64,000 nt of DNA from positions 9,888,001 to 9,952,000 of the forward strand of contig CP068257.2 in the NCBI GenBank assembly GCA_009914755.4. The letters run 5' to 3'. Under the pieces are notes generated by a model, which was not told where the DNA came from, ran no database searches, and worked only from the letters and a program-made list of their open reading frames with translations. The position numbers and the translations under genes were made by a program. This stretch comes from the human T2T-CHM13v2.0 reference genome, Homo sapiens. Each line of letters begins with the position of its first letter. Position 1 is the stretch's first letter. Below are positions 28,915 to 41,160 of this stretch, one piece after another.

Positions 28915-31900
28915 TCCATTTTCTTTTTTCTTTTATTAAGTGGATACATGATAATTTCACATGTTGATGGGGTACAATGTGGTATTTTGATACATGACAC
29001 ATTGTTAAAACCTCTCCTCCCTATCTTTCCCAGTCTGGTAACCACTCTTCTACTCTCTATTAGATCAGTGTTTTTGGATTTCACATAAGAATGAGATCAT
29101 GTGATATTTGTCTTACCGTGGTTAGCTTATTTCACTTACCACAATGTCGTCTATGCTCATTCATGTTGTCACAAGTGACACGATTTTACCCTTTATTATA
29201 GCCAAATGTGCATGTGATATAGTTTGGATATTTGTCCTGACCCATATCTCATGTTATATTGTAATCCCCACTGTTAGAGATTGGGCCTGGTAGGGGCTGT
29301 TTGGGTCATGGAGGTGGATCCCTCATGGCTTGGTGCTATCCTCATGATAGTGAATGAGTTCCCAAACTTCCTGACTAGTCAAGCAGATGTTGGCAGTATG
29401 CTCCCTGTACAGCCCATGGAACCAGGAGCCAATTATGTCTCTTTTCTTATAAATTATCCAATCTCAGGTATTTCTTTATAGCTATGCAAGAATGACCAAA
29501 TACAGCATATATGCCACATTTTCTTTCTCCATTCATTCATTGATGGACACTTAGGTTGATTCTAGGCTATTGTGAATAGTGCTGTAATTAACCTGAGAGT
29601 CCAGAAATCTCTTTGACATACTGATTTAATAATCTTTGAATATATACCCAGTAGTGGGATTGTTGGATTATGTGATAAGTCTATTTTTAATGTTTTTGGA
29701 AGTTATATTGTTTTCCATAACAGTTGCTCTAATTTACATTTCCACCAACAGTGTATGAAAATTCCCCTTTCTTCACATCCTTGCCAGCATTTGTTATTTT
29801 TTGACTTTTTCATAAAAAGCATTCTAAGCAGGGTGAGAAGATATCTCACTGTGGATTTGACTTGCATTTCTCTGATTATTAGTGATGGTGAGCATCTTTT
29901 CGTATACCTGTTGGTGACTTTTTTTGTCTTATTTGGAGAAATGTCTATTCAGCTGTCTTGACTATTTTCTAATCCAATTATTTGTATTTTTGCTATTGAG
30001 TTGTTTGGGTTTTCTATAAATTTGGGATATTAACCCCTTATGAAGTGAATAGTTTGCAGATATTTTCTCCCATTTTGTAGGTTGTGTCTTCACTCTTGTG
30101 ATTGTTTCCTATGCAGTGCAGAAGTTTTTATTTGGTGTAATCACATTTGTTTATTTTTGCTTTTGTTGTTCATGACTTTCAATGTCTTTTCTAAAAAGTC
30201 CTTGCCCAGACCAATGACATATAACATTTCACCTAAGTTTTCTTCTACTAGTTTCATAGTTTGGGGTCTTACATTTAAATATTTAATTTATTTTGAGTTG
30301 ATTTTTGTATACGATGAGAGATAGGGGTCTACTTTCATTCTTTTGTATGTGGATATGCACTTTCCCAGCACCATTTGTTGAAAAGACTGTCTTTTCCCAA
30401 TTGAATGTTTGCACCTTTGTCAAAAATAAGTTGCATGTAAATATGTGGTTTTATGCCTGGGCTCTCTATTTTTGTTCCACTGGTCTACATGCCTGTTTTT
30501 ATGCCAATACCATGCTGTTTTAGTTAAGATAGCTTTGTGATATATTTTGAAATTAGATAGTGTAATACCTCTAGCATTGCTCTTTTTGCTTAAGATTTAT
30601 TTGGCTATTTGGGGTGTTTTGTAGTTTCACATGAATTTTAAGATATTTTTTAATATTTGTGAAGAATGAAATTGGAAATTTGATAGAGATTATATTGGAT
30701 TTATAGATTGATTTGCATAGTATGGTCATTTCAACAATGTTAATTCTTCTAGTCCATGAACATGGGATATCTTTCTATTTATTTTAATTTTTTAATTGTT
30801 TTTATCAATGTTTAATAATTTTCATCTTTCCGTGGCTTAATTTACTTGTAAGTATTTTGTTTTTTTAATAGCTATTTTAAATGGGATTACTTTCTTGATT
30901 CCTTTTTCAGATAGTCTGCTATTGGTGTATAGAAATGTTACTGATTTTTTATGTTGCTTTTGTATCCTGAAACCTTATTGTATTCATTTACTATTTCTGA
31001 TTCTCAGTGGCATATTTAGGGTTTTTTACATATATGATCATGTCATCTTCAAAGAGGGACAATTTGACTTTTTTTTTCCAATTTGGATGCCTTTTATTTC
31101 TTTCTCTTACCTAATTGTTCTGACTAGGACTTCCAGTACTATGTTGAAAAAAGTGATTAAAGTGAACATTCTTGTCTTGTTCCAGATCCGAGAGGCAAAC
31201 CTTTCAAGTTTTCACAATTCAGTACAATGTTGCCTGTGGATTATCACATATGGTCTTTATTTTATTATGTTCTTTTATAACTAATTTGTTAAAAGGTTTG
31301 ATCATAAAAAGATGTTTAATTTTGTCAAATGCTTTTTCTGCATCTATTGAAATGATTATATGTTTTTTATCCTTCATTGTTTAATATGATGTATCACATT
31401 TTATTGATTTACAGGTATTAGACTATCCTTACCTCCCCGGGTAAATACCATTTGATTATGGTGGATAATCTTTTTAATGTGCTTTTGAAATATCATTGCT
31501 AGAACTGCTGGTTTTGAATGTTTGCATCTATGTTTATCAATGATATTGGCCTGGAGTTTTCTTTTATTTGCTGTTCTTGTCTCATTTTGGAATCAGGAAA
31601 TGCTGTCTTCATAGAATGAGTTTGGAAGAGTTCCCTCCTTTTCATTTTTTTAAAATAATTTGTATAAATTTTTTAAATGTTTTGTAGAATTTGTCAGTGA
31701 AAACCACCAAGTCGTGAACTTTTCTTTCTTCCTCTATTTTTTTAGAGACAGGGTCTCACTCTATCACTGAGGCTGGCATACAGTGGTGGAGTCATAGCTG
31801 ACTGCAGCCTCAAACACCTGGTCTTAAGTGATCCTCCTGCCTCAGCCTCCTGAGTACAAATGCACACCACTATACCTGGATAATTTTTATTTTTATATTT

Positions 31901-34900
31901 AGAGATGGAGTCTCATTGTGTTGCCCAGGCAAATCTTGAACTCCTGGCCTCTAGTGATTCTCCTGCCTTGGGCTCCTAAACTGTGAGATTACAGGTGTGA
32001 GCTACTGTGTGAAGTCTTTTGGATTTTCCTTGACTGAGAGCCTAAATCGCTCCTTCAATCTCATTATTTGTCATTGGTGTGTTCACATTTTCTATTTCTT
32101 CTTTCTTCAATTTTGATAGGTTATATGTGTCCAGAGCATACGTATTTCTTCTAAGTTTTTCGATTTATTGGTGTATAATTGTTTGTAGTACTTACTCATG
32201 ATTTCTTATATTTCTCTAGAGTCTATCATAGTATATCCTTTTTCATCTCTGATTATATGTGAATTTTCTCTTTTTTTCTTAGTCTGACAAAGCATTTGTC
32301 AATTTTACGTTTTCAAAAAAGATTCCTTCATTTAATTAGTCGTTTGTATTTTTTGTCTTCATTTTGTATATTTGTGCTCTGATATTTATATTCTTTTGCT
32401 AATTTGGGTCTTAGTTTGTTCTTGATTTTATAGTTCCTTGAAATACCTTGTTAGATGGTTTATTTATTATCTTTCTTGTTTATTGATGTAGAAATGTATT
32501 GCTATAAACTTCCTTCTAAGGACTGTTTTGCTGTATTTCATAAGTTTTCATATGTTCTGATTTCATTTTTATTTGTCTTCAGATATTTTTAAAATTAAAT
32601 TTTTTTCATTGACCCATTGGTTGTTTAAGGATATGTTGTTTAATTTGTATGTATTTGCACAATTTCTGAAGTTCCTCCTGTTGTTTATTTCTAGCTTTAT
32701 TCCATATGGTTAAAAAAACACGTGATATGATTTGTTGTTTTGATTAGCTAAGACTTGTTTTGTGGTCTAACATATCTATCATGGACAATATTCCATATGC
32801 AGGTGAGAAGACTGTGAATTATGCAATTGTTGGATGAAATGTTATGTAAATAGCTGTTAAATTCTTTTGATCTAGAGTGCAGTTCAAATGTTTCTTTGTT
32901 GAGATTCTCTCTCAATGATCTGTTCATTGCTGAAAATCGGATGTCGAGGTTTCTTACTATTATTGTACAGCTTTTTGTCTCTCCTTTTAGATCTATTAAT
33001 GTTTGCTTTATATATTTAGGTTCTCCAATGTTGAGTGCATTATATAATTACAATTATTGTATTCTCTTGTTGTACTGACCCCTTTATTATTACATAATGG
33101 CCTTGTTTGTCTGTGTTTACTTTTTTTTTACTTGAAGTCTATTTTATTTGATATAAATATAACTACTTCTGCATTCTTTGGTTTCCATTATCATAAAATA
33201 TATTTTTTCATCTGGTCACTTCCAATTTTTGTGTGTATTTACAGGTGATGGGAGTCTCTTGTAGAAAGAATATAGTTAGGTCTTGTTTTTAATCCATTTA
33301 CCCATTCTCTGTCTTCTTACTGGATAGTTTAATCTATTTCAATTCAAGGTAATTATTGATAGATAAGGACTTGTACTGCCATATACTGTTTTCTTGTTGT
33401 CTTTTAGAATTTTTGTACCTTTTTGTCCCTTTGTTGTCTTCCTTTGTAGTTAAGTGATTTTCTCTGTGTGTTTTTGTTTCTTGTTCTTTTATTTTTAGTG
33501 TATCTAATAAAAGTGTTTGCCTTTTGGTTACTATGAGGCATGTGAAGAATATTTTATAGTTTCAATAGGTAATTTTGAATGGATAACAACTTAATTTTGA
33601 TAATAAGAAATGGGGAAAAGCAAACACTCTGCTCTTTAACTCAGTCACTCCCCCACATTTTGCATTTTTGATGTCTTAATTTACATCTTTTATATCACTT
33701 ATCCCTTAACAAATTATTGTAGTTTTTATTGTTTTTGTTTTGTATTTTAACCTTCTTACTAAAAACATGTAAGTGGATTACATTCAATTATTACTATATT
33801 AGAGCATCCTGAATTTGTCTGAATATTTATTTTTACCTGCAGATTTATACCTTCCAATTTTTTGTATTACATATTAGTGACCTTTTTTTTCAGTTTGAAG
33901 ACTGTTCTTTAACATTTCTTTTAAGGCAGGTATGGTTACAATGAATTCCTTTAACTTTGTTTGTCTTAGAATGTTTTAACCTCTCCTTCATTTCTAAATG
34001 AGAGCTGTGCTGGATACTGTATTCACGGTTGACAGTTTTTTTTCTTCAGCACTTGATTCTATTATCCTACTCTCTCCTGGCCCATATTGTTTCTGCTGAG
34101 AAGTCTGCTGCCAGGCACATTGGAATTCTCTTATGTGTTATATGCTTCCTTTTTCTTAATGCTTTCAGGACCTACTGTTTGTTTTTGACGTTTGAAAGTT
34201 TAATTATAATGTGTCTTGTGGTTGTCTTATTCAGATTAAATCAGATTAGTGAGCTTTGGCCATCCTAAACATCTTAATCCTTCTCCAAGTTTAAAAAGTT
34301 GTCTGTTATTTCTCTGAATAAGCTTCTAACTCTTTTTCATTCTTAGTTCCACTTTAACAATGTAGATTAGTTTTTTTGATGGTGTCCCATGGATCTCATA
34401 AGTTTTCTTTGTTTCTTCTCATTTTTTTCTCTTTTCTACTCTGACAGTGTATTTTCAAAGAGCCTGTCTTTGAGCTCACTGTTTTTTTTCCTTCTACTTG
34501 ATCAGTTCTGCTCTTGATGCCCTCTAGTGCATTTTTCAGTTTGTTTACTGAACTTTCTACCTCCAGGATTTCCGTTTGATTTTTTCCCATTATTTTAAAT
34601 TCTTTGTTGAGTTTCTCATAAATTTCCATATTGTTTCTCTGTACTTTGTTGAAGTTCAGAGATTTTTTTTTCTTAAAAAAAAAAACAGCTATTTGAATTT
34701 TTTTGTCTGCCACATCATTCATTTGCATGTCTTTAGGTTCAGTTGCTGACACCTTGTTTTCTCCATTTGGTGAGGCAGTTTTTCCTAGGCTATTCTTATT
34801 TTTTTAGATGTGCATCTCTGTCTACACATTGATGAATTAAATATTTATTTCAATCTTCTCAGTCTGGGTTTGTTTTTGACTGTTTCTCAGTGGGCTTGTT

Positions 34901-35690
34901 TAGAAATTCTGTCTGGATTTTCATTATATTCCATTTTAACATTAGGAGGTGTCCAAAGCAAAGGTTAGACATAAGTCTTGCAATGGAGCTTCACCACTGA
35001 TGCAGTGTAACTGGATGGGCCCATGGGTGATCCACAGAAAGGCTGCTGTCTGTGGGGGGAGAACAAGTCAGGCCATCAAATCTGGACAGTCTGTGTATCA
35101 TGTTTCCCACAGTGTGGTGCCCATAAACAACCTGTCTGGTATAATATTTCCTCTGGTAGGAATGGCTAGCCACTGCTAAGTTTCATATAGTAAGTATTGC
35201 TAACGCAATCCCTTCTGTATGTCCCTAGCATGCCTCTGGTGGTTCAGCTCTGTTGACACTCATGGGGCTGCTTGTGGGCTGATGCAGGAGTGAGTCTACT
35301 GTGAAGGCACTCAGTATGGTGGAAAAAATATTCAACTTCTGCTCACTTTATTCAGTGTAAGAACTGTGAGTTCAGGAGGACTTTCTGCATATAATACCAT
35401 TATGGCCTGGGGGAGGAGTATCACAGTCACAGAGTACTGTTTCCCTTACTGCCCAAGCATGGTTTTACTCCTCTTTGCAGTCCAAAGGGGTTTCATTGAC
35501 TCACTCATGTATTCAGGGTTCATTAGCTCTTGTACAGTTAATTTCATATGTGGATAGTTGTTCATATAGATGTGTCCATAGGGGTATGATTACTGGAGAG
35601 ATCTACTCCATTACCTTGCTGTGCCCAAATCCTTCCCCTTTCCAACACGAGTTTGCCACCTTCTAGTATTCTTTTTTCTTAACCAAACTA
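28915..35690 (-). mobile_element. Near-full-length L1 (older primate L1PA/L1PB-like, ~6.5 kb without the Alu), antisense, ORFs decayed
   Basis: Antisense L1 3'UTR at the left end (…tggatacatgataatttcacatgttgatggggtacaatgtggtattttgatacatgacacattgttaaaacc…). Antisense ORF2 follows (e.g. …caacagtgtatgaaaattcccc…; …gtgagaagatatctcactgtggatttgacttgcatttctctgattattagtgatggtgagcatcttttc…). An ORF1-like coiled-coil remnant lies in the 118-aa minus ORF 34396-34752. A 5'UTR-like GC-richer stretch spans 34900-35690. Confidence 0.85.
31736..32009 (-). mobile_element. Alu SINE inserted into the L1 above
   Basis: tttttttagagacagggtctcactctatcactgaggctggcatacagtggtggagtcatagctgactgcagcctc…ctcctaaactgtgagattacaggtgtgagctactgtg. 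Confidence 0.9.
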
Positions 35691-37159
35691 AGTTTAGCCT
35701 TTTAATCCTTCACCCTCCTCCACTTCAAATGCCATCGCTTCTTTGTATGCTTATTGTATTTTCCATGCTATATGACTTTCAGCTGGTTATTTACAGTATG
35801 TAAGTTTTAATATCCTGTAAAAGGGGGATAATAATGGCATCCATTTGATAGGGATGTTAAAGATACTAAATGACACTGTCCATGTTAAATAACTTTTTGA
35901 GATATATTGAGATGTTTCTGTACTTCCTTGTTCTGCCCTTCTTGTTGAACCAGAGGAATCTATTGCCATGAAAAGTAATAAAACTGTCATAGTAGAAATT
36001 AAAAGTGAGTAGGAACTTATTTAAAAATCATCATTCTCTTTTTCAATGCAAAAATAAGAACTAGAAAATTTTAATAAGGCAATAGTCTGAAGAAATAACT
36101 TATGGAAGATAATATGGGTTTTTTAATATTAAAGGGTTCTTTTATATATTCAAACTTCGAGATTGGCTGCCTTGAATCCTACTAAAATTTCAATGTAAGT
36201 TTTAGAGAGGGAGGAAAGAGTCAAAGAAAAAATTGCACTGGAAAAAGTTAAATAAGTAAGGAAGATATTATTCAAGCTATTGCAATACTGGAGAGAGTCC
36301 AGACCTAGTCTGAACTCAGCTCCCCTGATACAAAGGGCCATGGAGTTTTTGAAAGTGAGGGTAAGGGGGTGATCATAGGCCACCTGTCTTTGCTAACTGT
36401 CTTTTTTCAAAGGAAAAATAAACTTTCTTTTATCTTTGTGATATAAGGTAATTTTTACAACTTGGAGCAAGATTAGGCTCTTACTCTCTCATGGAGACTG
36501 GGAAATATGGTATTATCTTTCTGGAGGATTACGTTTGAAAGAGATGGCTCCCAGATCCTTGAAAAAGGAAATTTTCTGCTTACAAGTTACACATGCCACT
36601 TCTACCTGCATTTCACTGGCCAAACAGGTCACATGTCTAAATCTGACCCTTCCTTCAATAGGACAGAAATGTATAATCTTCTAGGAGATAGGGCCACTAC
36701 AGCAGGAAGACCAGATAATGGGAGAATGGTAATATAATCTACCACAATGACCACAGTGAAAACATTAGTAATCCTTTGGGTTAAACCAAGTCTTCTTGGA
36801 CACTTAGGTTGATTCTAGGCTATTGTCAATAATGGAATAACAAGAAATATAGAGAATAGCCCATTTATTTTTTTGCAGAGAAGCTAGACAATTCACAGTA
36901 ACTTATGGCCTAGACAATTTTATTTCTTGATCAACACAACTCTTTATAGATGCCTGTGGTCCAAAAATGCAGATTCCTAATCGTCCCCAAAAAGAAGGGA
37001 TCCTCTGCAAGGCAACCTGGGAGGGAGTTTAGGATTGTTCTGAAGCAGTGAAAGCCATTGAGATTAACATGTAAGAGGGTAGAGAAAGGGAATCCACATG
37101 TTTTGATCCCTCCATGTGCTGGATATAACTTGGTCTTCATTACATTGCACCACCTTTGG

Positions 37160-37320
37160 TGTCAGAGAGAACTGGATTTGAATCCCAGTTCCTTCACTCA
37201 TTATGATTTGATGGTGAATATGTTTTTAACTCGTCTGAACCTCAGTTTGCTCATCTACAAATGATGGGATTGTTATGAGACTTGCATAAGGTAAGTGTTT
37301 AAAAATCTGGGAGTAATCCT
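37160..37320 (+). mobile_element. MIR SINE fragment (core region)
   Basis: gagaactggatttgaatcccagttccttcactc…ctgaacctcagtttgctcatctacaaatgatgggattgttatgagacttgcataaggtaagtg matches the MIR core (…ctgagcctcagtttcctcatctgtaaaatggggataataatacctacctc…gttgtgaggattaaatgagataatgcatgtaaag…). Confidence 0.6.
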
Positions 37321-37780
37321 GTAATTTAAAACACGGGGTTGTGATGAGGCTTCAATAAGGTACGTGTGTAAAAATCTGGTCACAATGTTACTAATTTTGT
37401 AGGTTTTCAATATATAGAGAAGGAGGATTATTTTTCTCTCATTTAATTTTTAGAACAAGTTTATAAAATTGGTATTATTCATATTTTTGGGATAATCAAA
37501 GTATCAGTAGGTTTAAATAAATCACCATAGTCACAAAGCAGTTCACAGTATATTAACTGGATAATTGCTAGTGAAAAGTAACAATGATGGTCACATTGAA
37601 AATCTTGTGTTGGGTGGTGGTTTTCTCTTGCATAAGCCTCTTCATTTGTTGAAACCATAGATTCTAAGTTTGCTCTATCAAAGTGATCATTAGAAAAATA
37701 TAAGGTACTTAGTGTATAAATTTTAGAAAATGTCCTTTTCAATCCTGTTAATTTGATTGAATATGTGCATTTTGAATTAT
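37262..37780. repeat. Local segmental duplication, copy 1. The homolog is at 38985-39300 + 39735-39870 (~85% identity). Its first ~65 bp are also tandemly duplicated (37262-37327 / 37328-37393).
   Basis: …ggtaagt(g/a)t(t/g)taaaaa(t/c)ctgg…ttcaatatat(a/g)gagaaggaggattatttttct(c/t)tcatttaatttttaga…aaataaatcaccatagtcacaaagcagttcaca…ggtcacattgaaaatcttgt… is shared by both copies. Confidence 0.85.
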
Positions 37781-38039
37781 GAATATAAATATGAATATGT
37801 ATGACATATGAAATATGACTTGACATCACAGAGTAACCTTAGATCGTGGCAACGTTTTTTTCTGAAAGCACCTGCAGAAATGTATCTTCTTTCTAGTTTC
37901 CAAAAAACTCAGAGGTCATGGGGGAAGAGGGGACTTTGGCTGTCAGATAGTGCATGAGGTACATTAGGATACAGTAATTTCGTCATAATTCATATTCATA
38001 ATTCACAGTGAGGAAACCTGAAAGTTGCTATCAGTTAGC

Positions 38040-38980
38040 AATAAATGAAAGGTGGGGCGGGGTCACTGGGGGCGCGGCTTTGTGAGCCAGTGCCTGGACT
38101 CCCACGTCACAAATGGAAGGGCAGCGCGTGGAAGGAACTCAAGGCCTGATTGGTTCTTCCTAAGCAGGACACATCAGGTTGTCAGGGCAACCGGCCTTCA
38201 GTTGGTGGCCTTCAGTGTGTGCTTTAAGTTGGTGGCATTTGGTTGTCTTTCCTGGGGAGAGGGGGCAGGTGCTCAGCTCTGCAGACGTGGGGGCAAGCGA
38301 AGGCCCAAGCTGCCTCGAGAAGAGCAGAGGTGCCCCATAGGGACCACGATGACCAGTCGCATGTGCACCAAAGCCAGCCCCCTGCAGGGCCAGCGGAGGG
38401 GTTCTGCGGGGCCGTCCTGTGGCTTTGATATCTATGAGTGGGAGGCCAGCACAGGCACAGGCACCAGCAGAAAGGAGCAGAGACTCCCAGAACATGCTGT
38501 CCCCCAATACCAGCCCCAAGCGAGGCCAGCTTAGGGTGCGGTGGGCAGAGCCATCCTGCAGCTCTGAGATCCACGAGGTGTAGGTGGGAGTAGGGCCAGG
38601 CTCCACTGCGTCGGAGCTCACGCAATTTGAGCCCAATTTGATTCCGGAGCCATGACCTGCAGCACATTGGCGACCAGAAGACGCCCAAAGGTAGGGAGGC
38701 GACAGATACCGCTTGGCCTCAGGAGCTTCTCTGGCCGTTGCTGAACCAAGGTTCCCCCAGAGACATTCACAGCCTGGGGCTCCTCCCTTCTTCACCTAGT
38801 TCCTTTCCTAGACCCAGGCCCCAAGCCTGAGGACTGGCTCTGCCTGGGGTCTCCATCCCTTCGTCTTTCCCTGTTGCATCCAGCCGGTTTCTTTTCCCAT
38901 CCCTACCCATATGCCCAGTTCTGGACCCTCTTCTTCTTCCTAGAGGCTGGCCAAAAACTAAGTTTTCAAAGTACAAAATG
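38040..38980. other. ~0.95 kb GC-rich unique block between the duplicated segments; possible regulatory element or solo-LTR-like sequence of unknown family
   Basis: ggtggggcggggtcactgggggcgcggc… GC-box-like. cctgattggtt is an inverted CCAAT box. Internal imperfect repeat cagttggtggcctt / aagttggtggcattt. Long ORFs on both strands, consistent with GC-rich no-stop sequence rather than coding. Confidence 0.4.
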
Positions 38981-38984
38981 GATG

Positions 38985-39870
38985 CTACATATTTCGTTGC
39001 TGAGACTTCTCTCAGGTAAGTATGTAAAAACCTGGACACAATGCCTATAATTTTGTAAGTGTTCAATATATGGAGAAGGAGGATTATTTTTCTTTCATTT
39101 AATTTTTAGAGCAACTTTATAAAATTGGTGACACTCATATATTTGAGATAATCAAACCAAGGATCAGAAAGACTAAATAAATCACCATAGTCACAAAGCA
39201 GTTCACAATACATTTACTGGATAATTTCTAGTTAAAAGTAGCAATGATGATCACATTGAAAATCTTGTATTATCTGGTGGTTTTCTCTTACTTAAGCTTC
39301 TTGGAATTTAGTAAAATAAGTTGCAGCTCAAAAAGCAGATCCGTAGAATATTTTGTTCCAGAGATTGTAGTGGGGGCCCAAGTATTGCATGAGTTTTGTT
39401 GGGAACAAGGTGTAGGCTGAGAATCTAAGCAAACTTCATTTGGTGGTTTTCAATTGGTGGGCAGTGGCAGAAGGAGGAGGAGCTCCGTCTGTGCTCTCTC
39501 TTCCCCCAGTCACAGCCCTCAGGCTTGTTGCATCCAGTCCCTTCTTAGTTAAACCAGACAGGTTGACAGGTTTATTTAGCATTTAGCAGACAAGTCAGCT
39601 CAGGGTAGGCGGGTGAGGTGGGGTGTGGGCTGCTAGTACAGTGCCGCCCTTTGACCCAGGGCTGCCCGTGCCCAGGGGGCTATTCCATATATTATATATT
39701 ATATATATATATATAATATTTTTATATTTATGTATATAAGCCTGTTGGTTTGTTAAAACCATGGATTCTAAGTTGCTCTATCTACGTGATCATTAGAAAA
39801 ATGTGATGTACTTAGTGTATAAATTTTAGAACATTTCTTCTGTTAGTCTTGTTAATACTCAATTATTTTC
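38985..39870. repeat. Local segmental duplication, copy 2 (interrupted by the 39303-39735 insertion)
   Basis: See copy 1. Homology resumes after the insertion: aagcctgttggtttgttaaaaccatggattctaagttgctctatctacgtgatcattagaaaaatgtgatgtacttagtgtataaattttagaa. Confidence 0.85.
39303..39735. mobile_element. ~430 bp insertion in duplication copy 2, flanked by an 11-bp direct repeat (aagcttcttgg / aagcctgttgg) and ending in an AT/(TA)n-rich tail; retroposed sequence of unknown origin
   Basis: Copy 1 has an uninterrupted cataagcctcttcatttgttgaaacc. Copy 2 has taagcttcttgg|aatttagtaaaat…ggctattccatatattatatattatatatatatatataatatttttatatttatgtatata|agcctgttggtttgttaaaacc. Confidence 0.55.
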
Positions 39871-39962
39871 TAAAACACCTAGTGCAAATCTCCATAGGTT
39901 TTAATCGAATTATATTATAATTTGGATTTTCTGGTCTGCCTATCTTCCAAATAATAAAGTTC

Positions 39963-40450
39963 TTAAAATTAATTTTCTATTGCTGCCATAACAAATTACC
40001 ACAATTTTGTGGCTTAAATCAAAGACTTACGACCCTATAGTTCTGTAGGGCAAACCTCTGACCGTGGTCTTACTGGACTTAAGTGAAGGTGTTGTCAGGG
40101 CTGTATTGCTTTCTGGAGGCTCTAGAGAGAATCCATTTCCTTTTCCAACTTTTAGATGCTGTCCCTATTCCTTGGATCATGGGACAATCCCTCCATCTTC
40201 AAAGCCAGTAATGTGGGATGTCTGTGACCATTGTTCTGTAGTCATATAACCTTCTGACTGTAGCTAGGAAAGATTCTCTTATTTTATAGACACATGCAAT
40301 TAGATTGGCCCCCAAGATAATCAAGGATAATCCCCCTAACTCAAGGGTTAATCACATCTCCAAAGTCCCTTTTGCCTCATGTAAAGTAATATGGTCAAAG
40401 ATTCCAGGGACTAGAACATATTTATGGGGTCATTATTTTGACTGTCACAA
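39963..40450 (+). mobile_element. Ancient mammalian LTR-like repeat (probably MaLR/MLT1 family), TG…CA termini
   Basis: tgctgccataacaaattaccacaattttgtggcttaaa…ttctggaggctctagagagaatccatttccttttccaacttttagatgctg…catcttcaaagccag…gattggcccccaagataatcaaggataatccccctaactcaagggttaatcacatctccaaagtcccttttgcc…ggggtcattattttgactgtcaca. The family assignment is from memory and uncertain. Confidence 0.45.
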
Positions 40451-40776
40451 AGGCAAAGTCTTGGACTTATGCATATCTAGATTTTCTTTGCTTAATTTCA
40501 GAGCCTAGAACACATTAGACTCTAAATAAATGTGAATGACTGATAAATATTATATTTACAGATTGCTGCCACATTACAATTCTGTCCTCCCACTGGTGGT
40601 GGAATCCTATGTACTTTTTACCATCTCCATTTTGCATTCAGACTGAACATGGCTATGTTATTCCTTTCACCTGGGTGATTTGAAACCATCTCTCTATTTC
40701 TATTTGTAGAGATCTTATCTATCAAGCCCTTCTCAAATGCCACTTCAAAAAACTTTTTCTAATCTCCAATTGTCTT

Positions 40777-41160
40777 AGTCAATTTATGCTCTTATAACAA
40801 AATAACACAGACTAGGCAATTTATGAAAACCAGACGTTTATGTGTCACAATTCTGGAGACAAGGAAGTCCAAGATCAAGGCGTTGGCAGGTCTGATGTCT
40901 GGTAAGGGCTGTTCTCTCCGTTCAAGATGGTGTCTTGATGCTGCATCTTCCAGAGACAAGGAACACTGTTTCCTCACATGGTGGAAGGCGGGAGAGCAAG
41001 AGGGATGAACTCCCTCCATGGAGCTCTTTCATGAGGGCTCCTAAACCCATTCCTGATGTAGGAGTCCTGATGGCCTCATCACTTCCTGCAGGCTCCACCT
41101 CAACACTCTCACATTGTCAACGCTGAATCTCGGAGGAGTCACAGTGAAACCACAGCACCA
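40777..41160 (+). mobile_element. Second MaLR-type LTR fragment
   Basis: …cacaattctggagacaaggaagtccaagatcaaggcgttggcaggtctg…tgctgcatcttccagagacaaggaacactgtttcctcacatggtggaaggcgggagagcaag…ctctttcatgagggctcctaaacccattcctgatg…cctcatcacttcc. Confidence 0.45.

Noticed and set aside
34396-34752. 118-aa minus-strand ORF (…EILEVESSVNKLKNALEGIKSRTDQVEGK…)
   Set aside because: Coiled-coil remnant of L1 ORF1 inside the antisense full-length L1. Not a cellular gene.
38052-38795. 211-aa minus-strand and 160-aa/154-aa overlapping ORFs in the GC-rich block
   Set aside because: Long ORFs on both strands and multiple frames at once are the expected no-stop artefact of GC-rich DNA. No recognisable domain, no codon periodicity that I can see.
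37262-39020. Repeated '…ag|gtaagt' splice-donor-looking motifs (37277, 37343, 39016)
   Set aside because: They align to the MIR core/tail (…atgcatgtaaag…-derived). They are duplicated along with the segment rather than being exon boundaries.
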